Origin: Adineta vaga
Taxonomy: Eukaryota; Animalia; Rotifera
Assembly (NCBI GenBank): GCA_021613535.1
Contig: CP075495.1
Coordinates: forward strand, 4,898,001 to 4,962,000
Length of the DNA: 64,000 bases
Direction: 5' to 3'
Shown here: piece by piece, positions 1 through 12,416 of the stretch
Layout: each line of letters opens with the position of its first letter
Numbering within the stretch: position 1 is the stretch's first letter
Made by a program: the position numbers and the translations under genes
Notes under the pieces: model-generated
The model's input: the letters and a program-made list of their open reading frames with translations, nothing else
The model's database searches: none
What the model was told of the DNA's origin: nothing

Positions 1-1362
1 TGTTCCTGAAAATAAAAGAAAATTCTCGAATGAATAAATTGATTATTATTAAATTCAGATATATATATACCTTCAGTTTTTGAATTTTGATTACGTTGTT
101 TACGTTGATGAGAAGGGCGACGTTTTTGTTGACCTCTTGTATTTCTTGGTGATTTTGCTTGTTTACCATTTCGTGATTGACGAGAAGAACCATTTACACG
201 GTGATCATCACGAATAAAACCATTTCCATAACTAATATAAAGCATTTTTTTTAAATTTATATTTTTCATTTCCTTGTTCGACTTACTAAGCACCATTACG
301 TTGTTGTTGTGAATATAGTGATTGACGTGATCGTGCATATGGACCTTGCCATTCGTTAAGATCGTACGATGGTACAATATCAAATGGAATATAACCGTCA
401 TTTTGATATGTCATGCGACGACGTGGATGAAGTGGAACTTGTCCTTGTCGAGACATTGGGCCATATGAATAGGAATCATAATAATTATCGAAACGTTGCT
501 TTAAAAAAAAGAAGCGAATAAATGAATATGATTTTGTTTAAAAAAAAGATTTAATAATTACACGTGGACCAAAATAACCAGCAGATGGATTGAAATTTCG
601 ATTTGGTCGTCGAGCTAATCGTCGATTCATCATCATGGGTGGCATTGGTTCAAGCCATAAGTCTTCTTCTTCATCTTCCCATTGATCATCATAATAATCT
701 TGTTGTCGTTGTGATCGTCGTGGAGCAGCTGGACGATGACGACGATTACTACCAGAACGATTATTATTTGATTGACGTGATGATTGTTGAAAACCATTGT
801 TTGGAAGTTGTTTAGGTTCGAAACGTTTAGGTAAAATAGCATAAGGAATATGTGGTTGAGCAGCCATTTGATCAACAACACTGATTTGTTGTTGAGCACC
901 ACCGGAACGTGTACGACGACGACGATTTGAATCATTTGTTGGTCGATAATTTGGTGAACAAGGTATATCGTTCCAACCACCTAAAAGTTGTTGATTGAAT
1001 GAACGACGACGATTACGAGTACCTTGTAATTGTCGTTGAGATGTTTGTTGGTGATTATTATCAGATCCATTACCACGAATAATTGATAAAATAGCTGAAT
1101 CTGGTTCCATTGATTCACCATTTGATGTTGATGGTCGTGATTTTGAACGAATTGTTACACGTTCCATTTGTGTAGTAAAAGATTGTCGATAATTATTATG
1201 TTGTCGTGAAATACCATTACTTGCTGATAATGGTGCTTTACCAGTAAATGTTGCAAGAAATGCATCATTGGTTAATGGAGCTAAATCACGTGGATTAAGT
1301 CCTGTGTTTGAAACAGCTTGAGTACCAACATTAACCATAATACGAGGTCCAAGAGTGTCCAT
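1..1362 (-). CDS. Orphan low-complexity R/Q/N/S/Y-rich (probably disordered) protein; multi-exon, 3' end runs off the window start
   Basis: Exons 1362-562, 498-287 and 231-72 join in frame through GT-AG introns (..YFGPR|QRFDNYYDSYSYGPM..NGAY|YGNGFIRDD..SKTE). No globular domain recognised. PAM2-like FNPSAGYFGP at 565-594. Confidence 0.75.
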
Positions 1363-2125
1363 TAAATGTAAATATACTGGTTTGTTTTTAACTTAATATG
1401 TATATTAGAAAGAAAATGACGATATACCTTTCTTATACGCTTACGAATGCGTGTGATATGTATATGTACGATCTGACAAATGAACGATGGATATAACGAT
1501 CGATCGAGATGAGAGAGAGAGAGAGATAGAACGAGAGATAAACTACTGTTAGATAAGAAACGAATCTTTTGTCTATTTTATGTTTTTCGAACCTCTACGT
1601 CGAACTAGACAATGAATATATAACAAGAAGAAGATTTACTGCACGTGACCTCGATATGGACATAGTTAAATGTATATGTCTCGAGGCCGGTTAAAACGAT
1701 AGTTTAGTAAACATTTTGTACATACATTTACATAGACGCCGATAATAATAAATGAATCATTCAAGAAGAAAACATGACGATGATATTTTTTGACTGACTA
1801 ACTAATGAAATTTCATCATAAAATGTGGTGATGAATGATGATTTATGTCAAATAATAATCGAAGATTTTCGAGCTGTATCAAAAAAATTTGCTTTAGTCA
1901 ATTAATTGAAATGTTCTATTTGATCAGACTAAAAAAATATTTTCTATTTTGCTCTTTTCGATAAAAAACATTGATTTAACTTTACTATTTTTCGTGACTA
2001 CGCAAAAAAAAAACTAAAAATATACATGTATATCTATTGTATGACAAACATGGCATTTACCTAATATTAATACGTTAATCCATAATATAGTCGACTGATA
2101 AAGGCGTTTTTAATATCAGATTCAA

Positions 2126-2152
2126 AGAAGAAGAAGAAGAAGAAGAAGAAGA
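2126..2152 (+). repeat. (GAA)n microsatellite directly upstream of the EGF gene ATG
   Basis: About 9 GAA units abutting ATG 2153. Confidence 0.9.
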
Positions 2153-4236
2153 ATGTTGTCATTTTATGTTGTTCTTTTCTTTGATGTTTTCATTATAATG
2201 AATGGACAGTTCATCGATACTGAACCAAGTAATATAATTTAATTTTAATTCAATTGTAGTGTTCCTTGATTGTTCTCTATTAAACAGAAGTTATAATTAA
2301 TTATTGCAGTTCTCAATCGAATCCATGTAGAAATGGTGGATCATGTTTATCAATAGCAGATGGTTTTCAATGCATTTGTGCAATAGGTTTTATTGGAAAT
2401 CTTTGTGATTTTCCAATCAGTATGATTTCATTATATTCTCTTTGAACAAATGACGTATGATTCTTTTAAAGGTGCAAAAAATAATCATCCTTGTAGTACA
2501 AATATTTGTGGCACTGGAGGAACATGTGTTTCAATATATCCCAATACGTTCAGATGTAATTGTTCACCAGGTTTCACTGGTAGTTTTTGTGATTATCCAG
2601 ATGGTATTATTCAATTTATTAATTGTACGAAAAATCTATTGTAAACGTTTCTTTTTCATCTCAGGTACTAGTAATACTTGTCCCAGTAATATGTGTAGCA
2701 ACAATGGAACATGTTTGGTACAACCTGCGGGTGGTTTTCGCTGTATTTGTCAAGCAGGTTTTACGGGTAGTCGTTGTGAGCTTGCAACGGGTATATATAC
2801 ATGAACAATGCTAACTCATTTATGAATAATCGTAGATTATTAATATCTAGGTACTACTGGCCCAACAAATCCGAATATTTGTACAAATAATCCATGTCGA
2901 AATGGTGGAGCTTGTCAGCTTATTCCAGGAGGCGGTTTTCAATGTGTATGCCGTACAGGTTTTGTTGGCAATCTTTGTGACATTCCCACTGGTAAATGTG
3001 TATTCTAGTCTCGTGTTTACATACATTCTCTTTTATTTTAGGAACGTCTGCTACGACTCAACCGACTACTTGCAGTATTAATCCATGTATGAATGGTGCA
3101 CAATGTCTATCCGTATCTGGTGGTGGTTTTCGATGCATATGTCGACCCGGTTTTACTGGAACCCGTTGTGATTTATCAACTGGTTAATATTTTCTGATGA
3201 ATATTCTTTGAAATGATGATTTTATCTTAGGTTCAGTGACTCCTGGTCCATTTACTGCTAGTACTTGTCCTACAAACCTATGTCAGAACGGCGGTTCATG
3301 TCAATCAGTACCTGGTGGTGGTTTTCGATGTGTGTGTCGTGCTGGTTTTACTGGCACCCGTTGTGATAGTTCTACGAGTACATTTCTTATAATCAATCAG
3401 GTGAAAAAGAGAATATTTCATTTTAGGTTCAGTTACACCTGGTCCATTCACTGCTAGTACTTGTCCTGCAAATCTATGTCAGAACGGAGGTTCATGTCAA
3501 TCAGTACCAGGTGGTGGCTTTCGATGTGTGTGTCGTGCTGGTTTCACTGGCACCCGTTGTGATCTACCGACCGGTAATTTTTTGTTTGTGATAAATATTT
3601 TGACAAAAAGAAAGTATCTTTCAGGCTCAGTGACTCCTGGACCATTCACTGCTAGTACTTGTCCTACAAACTTATGTCAGAACGGCGGTTCATGTCAATC
3701 AGTACCAGGTGGTGGCTTTCGATGTTGTGTGTCGTGCTGGTTTCACTGGCACCCGTTGTGATCTACCGACTGGTAATTTTTTATTTGTGATAAATATTTT
3801 GACAAAAAGAAAGTATCTTTCAGGCTCAGTGACTCCTGGACCATTCACTGCTAGTACTTGTCCTACAAACTTATGTCAGAACGGAGGTTCATGTCAATCA
3901 GTACCAGGTGGTGGCTTTCGATGTGTGTGTCGTGCTGGTTTTACTGGCACCCGTTGTGATGTTCGTACAGGTAGTTCTGAATTGATTTATATAGCATAAA
4001 GAACTTCTTTTGCGATACTTTCAGCCTCAACTACTGCATATAATTCAAATGCTTGTCGAACAAATCCCTGCCAAAATGGCGGATCATGTCAGACGGTACC
4101 GGGTGGTGGATTTCGATGTATATGCCGTGCCGGTTTTATAGGTGACTTCTGTTCGGTAATTTATATTCGTGATAGTTTCATTCGATTAATATATGTACTC
4201 TCTATGTTTCTATTATAGTTTTCAATAAGCGGCTGA
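2153..4236 (+). CDS. Secreted tandem-EGF protein (signal peptide plus 10 EGF-like domains, no transmembrane segment); one EGF exon carries a +1 frameshift
   Basis: Exon 1 encodes [25 protein letters not shown] (2153-2228). Ten one-domain exons follow, starting at about 2287, 2472, 2665, 2851, 3042, 3231, 3427, 3625, 3824 and 4025, each with the six-Cys EGF pattern (e.g. [33 protein letters not shown]) and preceded by phase-1 introns. The last exon 4219-4236 encodes FSISG*. Confidence 0.9.
3231..3970 (+). repeat. Four near-identical ~198-bp tandem exon+intron units
   Basis: Exon starts at 3231, 3427, 3625 and 3824. Introns 3573-3624 and 3772-3823 are almost identical. Confidence 0.95.
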
Positions 4237-4562
4237 TGACTATTAAGCATACTTTATCATTACCTGACAAAAGAATATTTTGAGTAACGAAATAATTGTT
4301 TCTTGAATGCAATAAATAAATAAAACAGTCTTTTTCTTTCCTGTCACTTTCATTCATAAATAATGACTAGAGCAATGACTCGAAAGACAATGCTAATCTC
4401 TAAAAAATTGCTTCACATCCAAAAATGATATATAACTTCATTTGTAGTGATTTATTTTCCATTATTTATTTCTTCACATATATATATATATATATAAAAG
4501 AAAAGAAAAATATATTGCCATACAAAAATAGAATAAATCTACGATGAAACTAAAAACTATAT

Positions 4563-6328
4563 TTAATAAATTGATTTTTTCTTTAAATATTTATTTAACC
4601 ATACTCGTATTGAACAATCATCTTTTCTATATGTTAAATCTTTTTTAATATTTAAAAATGATTCAATAATTTTTGCTGATGGAATTGATTTATAGAATGT
4701 AAATTGAAATGTAATACTAGATAAATATTCAAAACGATCAATGATCGTTTTCATTTCTGTTATATTCTTAACCGTAATTTTCAAATGTTCAATTGTTGAA
4801 GGAATCAATGAACAAATATCTTCGATTGATATATTGGAATAGATTGTTGATAAATTATTCAAAATTTCTAACGTATGAATATTTGAAATTTGTCGAAGAA
4901 TATTCGTTAAATTCGTTGTTGTATTCGAATCCGTAGAAAAATCATAATTCAGATTTATTGTTAATTGTGTTAGATGTGAAAGATTGAGTAAATTTGATAA
5001 TGATTGTGATAAATTTATAGGACATTTATCAGTTATATCAAGTATCAATTCAGTTACATTACGAAATAAAGGTGATGTAAATGAATTGTTCTAAAAGCAC
5101 GAAACAAAAAGTAAATTCTGAAAGGATGTCTATTGCAAAATAGAATACATACTTTTCGTGTTAAACTTGCTTGATTGAAGCTTTTGACTAAATTGATTCG
5201 TAATCCAGTCACATTGTTCATAACTTTATCATCTAAGAGAATTTCTGTAAAATTTGAACATGAAGCTTTATTTGATGAATCATTATATTGAAATAGTGGT
5301 TTACAAATCGGTATAGAATAGAGAATAACTTCCATAGGATTATGAATATAATCACAATTGACAATCCATCGTTTATTTTCTAACCAAAATGATGTTTGAA
5401 ATGGTCGAATTAATGATTCAATATCCGACAAATCATAATTCACATCTTTCCATGATTGAAAAAAGAATTCAAATTTTTCTAATAAGGAAAGTTTTCTTCG
5501 AAGAATCTTCTCCCAAAGATAACTATCCATTAAATATGCCATACCAATAACTTTCAAATAAGTTAACGACGGAGTTAATGAAAGAAATTCTTCTAATTTA
5601 AATATATCCATACGATTATCTTCTAATGTTAATGATTTTAATTGTCGATATTGAATGGAATTAATTGTAGTCATATCATTCCATAGAACATCTTTAATAA
5701 TAAATGTTCGTAGAAATAAACATCGTTCAAGTATTGTACAATATTGTTCAAATGTAATTCGATTCGATATATGAATATATTCAATTTGACATTGATATGG
5801 CCATAAAAAATCATAAATTTCAAAGCACCATATACTTAATGTAAATTGTTTGAGACTAGTTTGTTCGAGAATCGATGAAAGACATGTTAAAGTTTGATTT
5901 GTCCATGTGAAAAATGTTCGAGATTGAATTGTTAATGAACGAAGTGATAAAGATGATAGATCATTAAGAATAAGATTTAAATTTGAATCTTCAACTTCTA
6001 ATAATGTTAATGAACGTAAGAAATGAAATTGTTTTAAATGAAAAAATGAAAGAAACAAATTAATTTGACCAGGTGTTCGATCATCATCCGATAGAACAAG
6101 TGTTATAATATTCACAGGATTGATAATACGAGAAAAACGATAAAAATTATATTTTGTACAAGAATATAAATTTAATTGATATTGATTATAAACATTTGAT
6201 AAAAGATAAAAACGTGTACAAACATAACGAAATGAAAGTAATATTGTATCAGTATCGAGAAAATTCAAAATATGATAGAGAAGTTCAACCGGTAAGTTAT
6301 CGAAATAGGAGATTAGATCTGTCGACAT
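4563..6328 (-). CDS. F-box domain plus degenerate leucine-rich-repeat protein (lineage-expanded family)
   Basis: N-terminal F-box FDNLPVELLYHILNFLDTDTILLSFRYVCTRF and repeated LxxLxL strands (LRSLTL, LKQFTL, LKSLTL, LTYLKV, LEKFEF). Intron 5152-5091 (GT..AG) joins the 439-aa and 161-aa ORFs in frame. Confidence 0.85.
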
Positions 6329-7180
6329 ATTCTCCAGGATAAATTGGGCATAATATGGATATTTTTGTGTCACAATTGCTTAGAATAATTGTGCAATTTC
6401 ATGGTGATGTATTTTGGTATTTTTTTATTATTATTTTGTTATCGAATATAAGGTAGGAGAGAAAGAAAATGAAGGGAGCGAGAAGAATAAGAAGGAAAAA
6501 AAAGGAGAGAATGTACCTTGTGTTCTTTCGCGTTTTTTTTATTGGTATCGAAGAATATATATATATAAAGAAAAAAAAACATGATCAAAGCTTTTTTTTT
6601 CCTTCTTCTTCCTTAGGGGAATATATAAATAATAACAAATAGACTTTATGTTGATATATGTAGAATCGATGACATTATTCGTTATCAAAATGGAATCAGT
6701 AATGTGGTTTTGATATATTGTCCATGGAACCCTAGAAAAGAGTAAGATCCATCGAGAAGTTTACTTGTTTATGTTAGAAATTACAATCTATCAACGATAT
6801 CTTACAAATTTGTCAGATAGTCGTATGCAAAAGAAAATATATATATGATTATTTATTAACGATCACACATCTCAGAAATTCATAATCAAATAACAGGACA
6901 TCTGTAAGTGATATCCAGCTGTAAATCTTCTGTGAATATCTTAGGAAAAGAGAACGATTTGATTAACTACAGATGTTTTTTCTCCTGGAAGAGAGAGAAA
7001 TAGAAAAATATGACATGTCATTAGTTTTGTACAGTAGTATTTTTTGATTGGACATGAAATGAAGGAAAAAACAAAAAAAGTAATTGCCTATTTAGTAACA
7101 AAACATCATACAATTTAATAGTCCATTTAATTTACCTAATATTTTTATGTTTACAGTTATTGTTTTCACACAATATAATT

Positions 7181-7786
7181 CTATTTTTTAGTTTCGATAG
7201 CCAATTCAGACCAGGATAAAAATTCGTCTGTCCAACGAATGTAATCATCTTTCGTATCTTGCCATTCTGTAGTGATACTTGATGATGATTGATCTTTTTT
7301 GATACCGATCAATCGCCATGAACATTGATAAAATGCACATGTTGTTGGTTGAACAATTGAACTGCATAATGGACATTGCGATGTAATGATTGTAGAATTA
7401 GTAATGATAGTAAATTGGCCAAGACCTTGATTAATGATGACTTTATGTTCAAATGCAGAACAGTTGACATTCAAACAGACACCATCAAGGCATAGGCCAG
7501 GCAATGCTCGTCTCCAAGCTGGTCCATTTTGTGCAGAAGATTGATCTAGTAGTATGGGTGGATGTTCGATTCGAAGAGTAATACCATCATGAATTGCACT
7601 TCGTTGTCGATTGAAAACTTCTTCATTCCATGTGCGAAAGATAACTCCACCGAGTGAATAATCATAATGTTCAGGATTACCGACTTTTTTTCGTATTAAA
7701 TTTCGAAAATCATATAAACTAAAATGAGTTGGTAATGTCGCCGGTTTACGACCTTGTGGAGTATCGAGATAGATACCCAGTGGCAT
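7181..7786 (-). CDS. Divergent ubiquitin-like N-terminal domain plus uncharacterised Cys-rich (putative Zn-binding) C-terminal domain
   Basis: Intronless 201-aa ORF. The first ~75 aa have a beta-grasp-like pattern ending IHDGITLRIE, with no GG. The C-terminal part has PAWRRALPGLCLDGVC..C..VIINQG..CPLC..PTTCAFYQCSWRLIG..W..L.IE. Confidence 0.65.
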   Translation of the reverse strand: MPLGIYLDTPQGRKPATLPTHFSLYDFRNLIRKKVGNPEHYDYSLGGVIFRTWNEEVFNRQRSAIHDGITLRIEHPPILLDQSSAQNGPAWRRALPGLCLDGVCLNVNCSAFEHKVIINQGLGQFTIITNSTIITSQCPLCSSIVQPTTCAFYQCSWRLIGIKKDQSSSSITTEWQDTKDDYIRWTDEFLSWSELAIETKK

Positions 7787-9197
7787 TATTGTATCTATCT
7801 ATCTGTCTGTCTACCAGACAAACATACGTGACAAGCCAAATAACCTTTCAACGAATAGATTATGAATTGTTCGGTATATTAAGAAAGAAGAAAAAAAACG
7901 ACTCGCTAAATTGTATCCGATAATACTGATGATAGAAGACTTGTCAACGTTTTCTATGCGAAAGAAGGAAAAAAAACGATGTACGAATGCATCATTATTG
8001 TAAAAAATAAAAAGACAAAACAGGAAAATGTCAAGAAGAAAAACAGTAGCAGTAGTTGTGGTATTCTAGAAAGCAGAGAAGGACATTTTATCGATTAATA
8101 TCACCACGAGTTAAGATAGATGTAGGCTATTTTAATACAGAAAAGATACAGCAACAACAGCATCTGTCATCAGACAACATAAATCATCGCTATTCGAACT
8201 ATGGGAAGATCTCGAAAGAATTTTATCCATAATTTTGATTAAATTTTCCGAATATTCACAAATACAATTTAAATTTATCAATACATGTCCTTTGACTGAG
8301 GATTTTCTTATGTTAGAAAATACTTTTATGCAGACACAAAAGAAATAGTGTATTGAATCAAGCATCAACAATTTTATCAATATTTATCATTATATTTAAC
8401 CTTCGAAAAAAAACAGAGCATATATTTGTCATCAATGTATTTGCATAATATGATACTACAAATTTGCTATCTCTTCTTTCTCTCTCTCTCACTTGTCATT
8501 GATATTAAATTATTTTTGTGTTATCTTATTCCGTACTTTTTTTGTGAGAATCAGAAATTGTTCATTCTTGATTATATGAGGAAGAATGTGTTACGGGGTC
8601 AAACGCCTTCAAGATAGATGCAAGATGAATCAAAATTACAGTTATGCATTGTTATAACTTTTAAAACTTCGAATGTCCTAAATGTATAGTATTGTATCAT
8701 TTGTGAACACAAAATTGTCAACTTTTTTGTATCGGTGACTCTACTTCAGAGTGGCCTGTTCTATTGAATGAGTTATGGATATCTGAAAGATTTTCTACTT
8801 TTGCATGCAGTTAAGCTAGTTAGATGATGCTTGAGAACTCCTTTTTGGTAAGTAAATTCATTACATGATAGCCATTTATCAAGTATATGTCGTACACAAC
8901 TAGACAAACTCTTAAACCGACTTTAGTCTTTCGGAACGAACTACCATCATACATGAACAGTGATTGAAATCCTTGACGCACTTTAAATACTGCTATATTG
9001 AGGATTTTTTATGTGAAACGAAGCGACGAAGTCAAACGATTTCAAATATCGTCAAAACTAATCATCCATCTAACTTATACTTAAAGATTAGATCAACTTT
9101 TTCTTTTGCACTATATGAACTTTATTTTCATTTCATCCAGAATATATCGTTCCATTAATATACGTGAGGGGTTTATGAGTTACAGATTCATTAGTCA

Positions 9198-10468
9198 TTA
9201 ACCAATAAACTTATTATCTGCCCACATTCCTTTCTGTACCCGGCCACTAGCATAGTACATGGTACCTTTTCCGTTCATTTGACCAACTTTCAATAGTCCC
9301 ATCAATTGTTCATTGATGACGTGAACACCGTCACTCTGTGCATCAAGTGACACAATAAATCACGAAGAGATATTACTGAACATCATTTCTCGTATCGATC
9401 ACCAGAAGGCCAAGTATGAACACCCTGACCTGTTTGCTTGTCATCAACCCAATCACCTACATACTTGTTTCCATCAGCGAAGTACAAGGTACCTCTTCCG
9501 TGCCATCGTTCATTGTTACATTCTCCTTAACTGTTGTTCTTTTATATTGTAAAATCATAATCAATTTTGATTTAAAGCTCACTCTGATCCTGCAATCAGA
9601 TGACAAGTGAACAGTTGTGTCGTATCTACTACCATCGGGATAGGTTTTCACTTTGAATGTGTCTGATTTATTGTTCACTAGTGTTTCTGCGTAGGATAAA
9701 TATCAAGAGAGAATACGTGTCGTAATGTTCTTTGAAAAATTACTTACGAGTTTTGGCTTTCACTGATGTGCTGATACTCATATTGCTCATAGAGGACTCA
9801 ATTCCTCCTTCGTTTTCATCGTATAATTCCATCAAATGTACTACATTTAATGTTGAATGATCCAAAGCATCGCTTTCCACACGAACTCGAGTACCTAATC
9901 CAAGAATCACTTCTTTCTCGTCTGGAAAATTACTGTATACCGATATCTCTTTCCCTTTCTTTGCTTCAATCATCAATAGTGTTGACACCGATCCAAGAAA
10001 CTGTTTTACTACTTTCACAGACGAAGAGCACGAATTTAATGTCCACCAAGTTAATTCTTCGCCTTCTTTAAAATTTCCCGTGATATCTAAATTCACACCA
10101 CACCATAGACTTATTTGACGATTAGGTAACTTGTTCAAAGCAGTATCGAATAACTTGAGATATCCATGCCATGGTACTAACACAGAACGATCTTTGATAC
10201 GTAGTACTTGGTTGAGTAGTCGATAGAGACTCTGTTCACCCCAGTCCATGGTATAAATATAGATAGCTGCTGATTCTTCACGAGTGAGACCATGTTCTGA
10301 AGGAAAATGACACTCTGTTTTTGCAATTCTAATGAATTCATCTAATTGATTAATTGTATGTAGAATAGGATCAAGTGCCTGTCGAAGTGGAAGAATTGGA
10401 TGTGTTCAAAATCCGTAAACTGGCGGAAGTCGTGTTGGTTTATGATCAACATTCGTAATTCGATGCAT
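9198..10468 (-). pseudogene. ART (R-S-E class mono-ADP-ribosyltransferase) plus MORN-repeat gene, pseudogenised
   Basis: Starts MHRITNVDHKPTRLPPVYGF* with an in-frame TGA at 10406-10408, then LTREESAAIYIYTMDWGEQSLYRLLN..LWCGV..WWTLNSCS..EKEVIL. Downstream MORN exons (YPDGSRY; GRGTLYFADGNKYVGDWVDDKQTGQGVHTWPSGDRYE; GQMNGKGTMYYASGRVQKGMWADNKFIG*) have degenerate splice sites. Confidence 0.85.
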
Positions 10469-12322
10469 TATCGGACGATATGTCGGATTCGCCTATGAGT
10501 TCTAATAATATTTGCCTTTATCTATAACAATAAATTATTAAAGTAAGGATATCGGATGTTTTTTCTTTTGAGCTGTAATCAGCCAATACCTTATAAGCAA
10601 TGTAATTACAACAATACTCTTTCGCTTCTGTATACGTTACTTAAATTAGATGAAATAGCGCAGACATGAATTCAAAAGAACAAATTTATTCAAGGGGGCC
10701 ATTTGTCAAGATTCATTCTCATAAATACAATACTTATTAAAAAATATAATATGACGCGAGAGAAACGAAAAAGCGATTACGACTAACTAGCAAAGATCAT
10801 CGATATTGTAGATAATAGAAAAATCGTGAATACGGAAAACTTCAGTCTCTAAATACATTTAACGATAAATCTGATATTGCTTACTAGAAACAGTCGCTTA
10901 GGTATAAAATGTAGCAGAGTAAGTCAGATATAAGAACTGTTTTTTTCTGGTTATAAAATGTTACTGTTAAAATCAGATAAAAGTCCATACGAACAACTTT
11001 CATAAGGAAAAACGCAACAGAGAAGACAAACAAAGTAGTCGTTATAATGTTAGATGGTAAACCCATTTATAAAAGCTTTTATCAATCTACGAAAAGAAAA
11101 AGATAACGACACACTCAAAGCAAATAGTACAGGTTGGAAAAAAAACAATGCGTAATCTTATCAGTACAAACGAAGTAATAGACACCTCTTTCGCTCTCTC
11201 TTTCTGTCTTGTGAAAAGCTCTTGAGAAAGATCGGCTTGTCGATTTTAGGAGCATCGAAACTTTATTGCTTTATACACTCACATGAAAATAAGTAAAAAA
11301 AAAGCAATACGGATTACGTAAAGATTCAGATGATAAATATCATTCCTGGCCATAGCATGGTAATTGCTAAAATAACAAAAATATTCTGAATAAATATGTG
11401 TGTTTTGTACCATCTTACGATAGAAAGTTATGAAATGAAGCAAAAATATCGTGCAACAAAACCAAGTGTTATATAATTCTGAATGATAGACATATAGGCA
11501 CTGTTTTATACATGTAGTTCATAATCCAGCATATCATTGAATCAAACATGATGCAAAACAAAGTCAAACAAATAATGAATTACAGATCAATTCCACGATT
11601 ATTATGAAAGTATCAAAACTAGAACGCGAATTTCTCTAGAACGATATTAGAAAACCAGCGAGATAATAAATCATTTTTTTAGGCATTTCGAACATTAAAA
11701 AATCGCAAATGAAATCATCCATTCAAAAGAACCCCTGTTTTTGTATGCAAACGTGGAAACTAAATGCAATTAGTTGAATGATTTCATAAATTATTGATGA
11801 TTATTCAATCGAACTTCTGAAACACTTTTATTTCTATTGTAGCAAACCCTTATGACAGATCATTCTAATATAAATGCACTATCTGGTGTGTTTTTCAAAA
11901 CTTATTGTTTTCTCTGAGGATGAGTATAGATATATTATTTGAATATACTCCTATACAATAATAGGAATGAAGAACATTCAATTTCAGTTTTTTTGTTTCC
12001 TTTATATATATATAATATGTATATCGAAAAAGAAAAAGAAACGAACGAGAAAAAAAAGAAGAGATGACACAAAAAACGCGAGAAGAAAGAAAAAAAGAAA
12101 GTTGCTGCTATATATCGTCTTCAATACATACATACGAAGAGATCTGAATGTCACAACAAGTTCATCATGCTAATGCACGAACTTATTGCGCAAGAATCGA
12201 CAAAGAAAATGTTTGAAGAACTAGTAAAATTAGGTAAAATATAAACGATCGGTTAGAGAAGAGAAAAACTCATGTATATAGAAAGCAATGAAAAGTGTAT
12301 AAAATTTCATGTTGTTGTTTTT

Positions 12323-12382
12323 CTATCGTGGATAATCACGTGTCTGTGATTGCTGCTGCTGCTGTTGCTGTTGCTGTGGTGG

Positions 12383-12416
<34 letters not shown>

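Noticed and set aside
603-980. Short ORFs overlapping the first gene (603-815 +, 633-980 -)
   Set aside because: Shadow frames of a low-complexity CDS.
1640-1687. E-box GCACGTGAC plus short inverted repeat CCTCGA..GACATA / TATGTC-TCGAGG in the divergent promoter
   Set aside because: Too short to separate from chance, with no other support.
3231-3970. Regularly spaced repeats as a CRISPR-like array
   Set aside because: The units are coding exons plus spliceosomal introns, with no unique spacers or cas genes.
2153-4236. Notch, Delta or Crumbs assignment for the EGF gene
   Set aside because: No DSL, LNR, laminin-G, TM or calcium-binding consensus, and the gene ends right after EGF 10.
10406-10408. 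In-frame TGA in the ART gene as selenocysteine or readthrough
   Set aside because: The position is non-catalytic, no SECIS was recognised, and independent lesions (catalytic Arg loss, broken splice sites) indicate decay.
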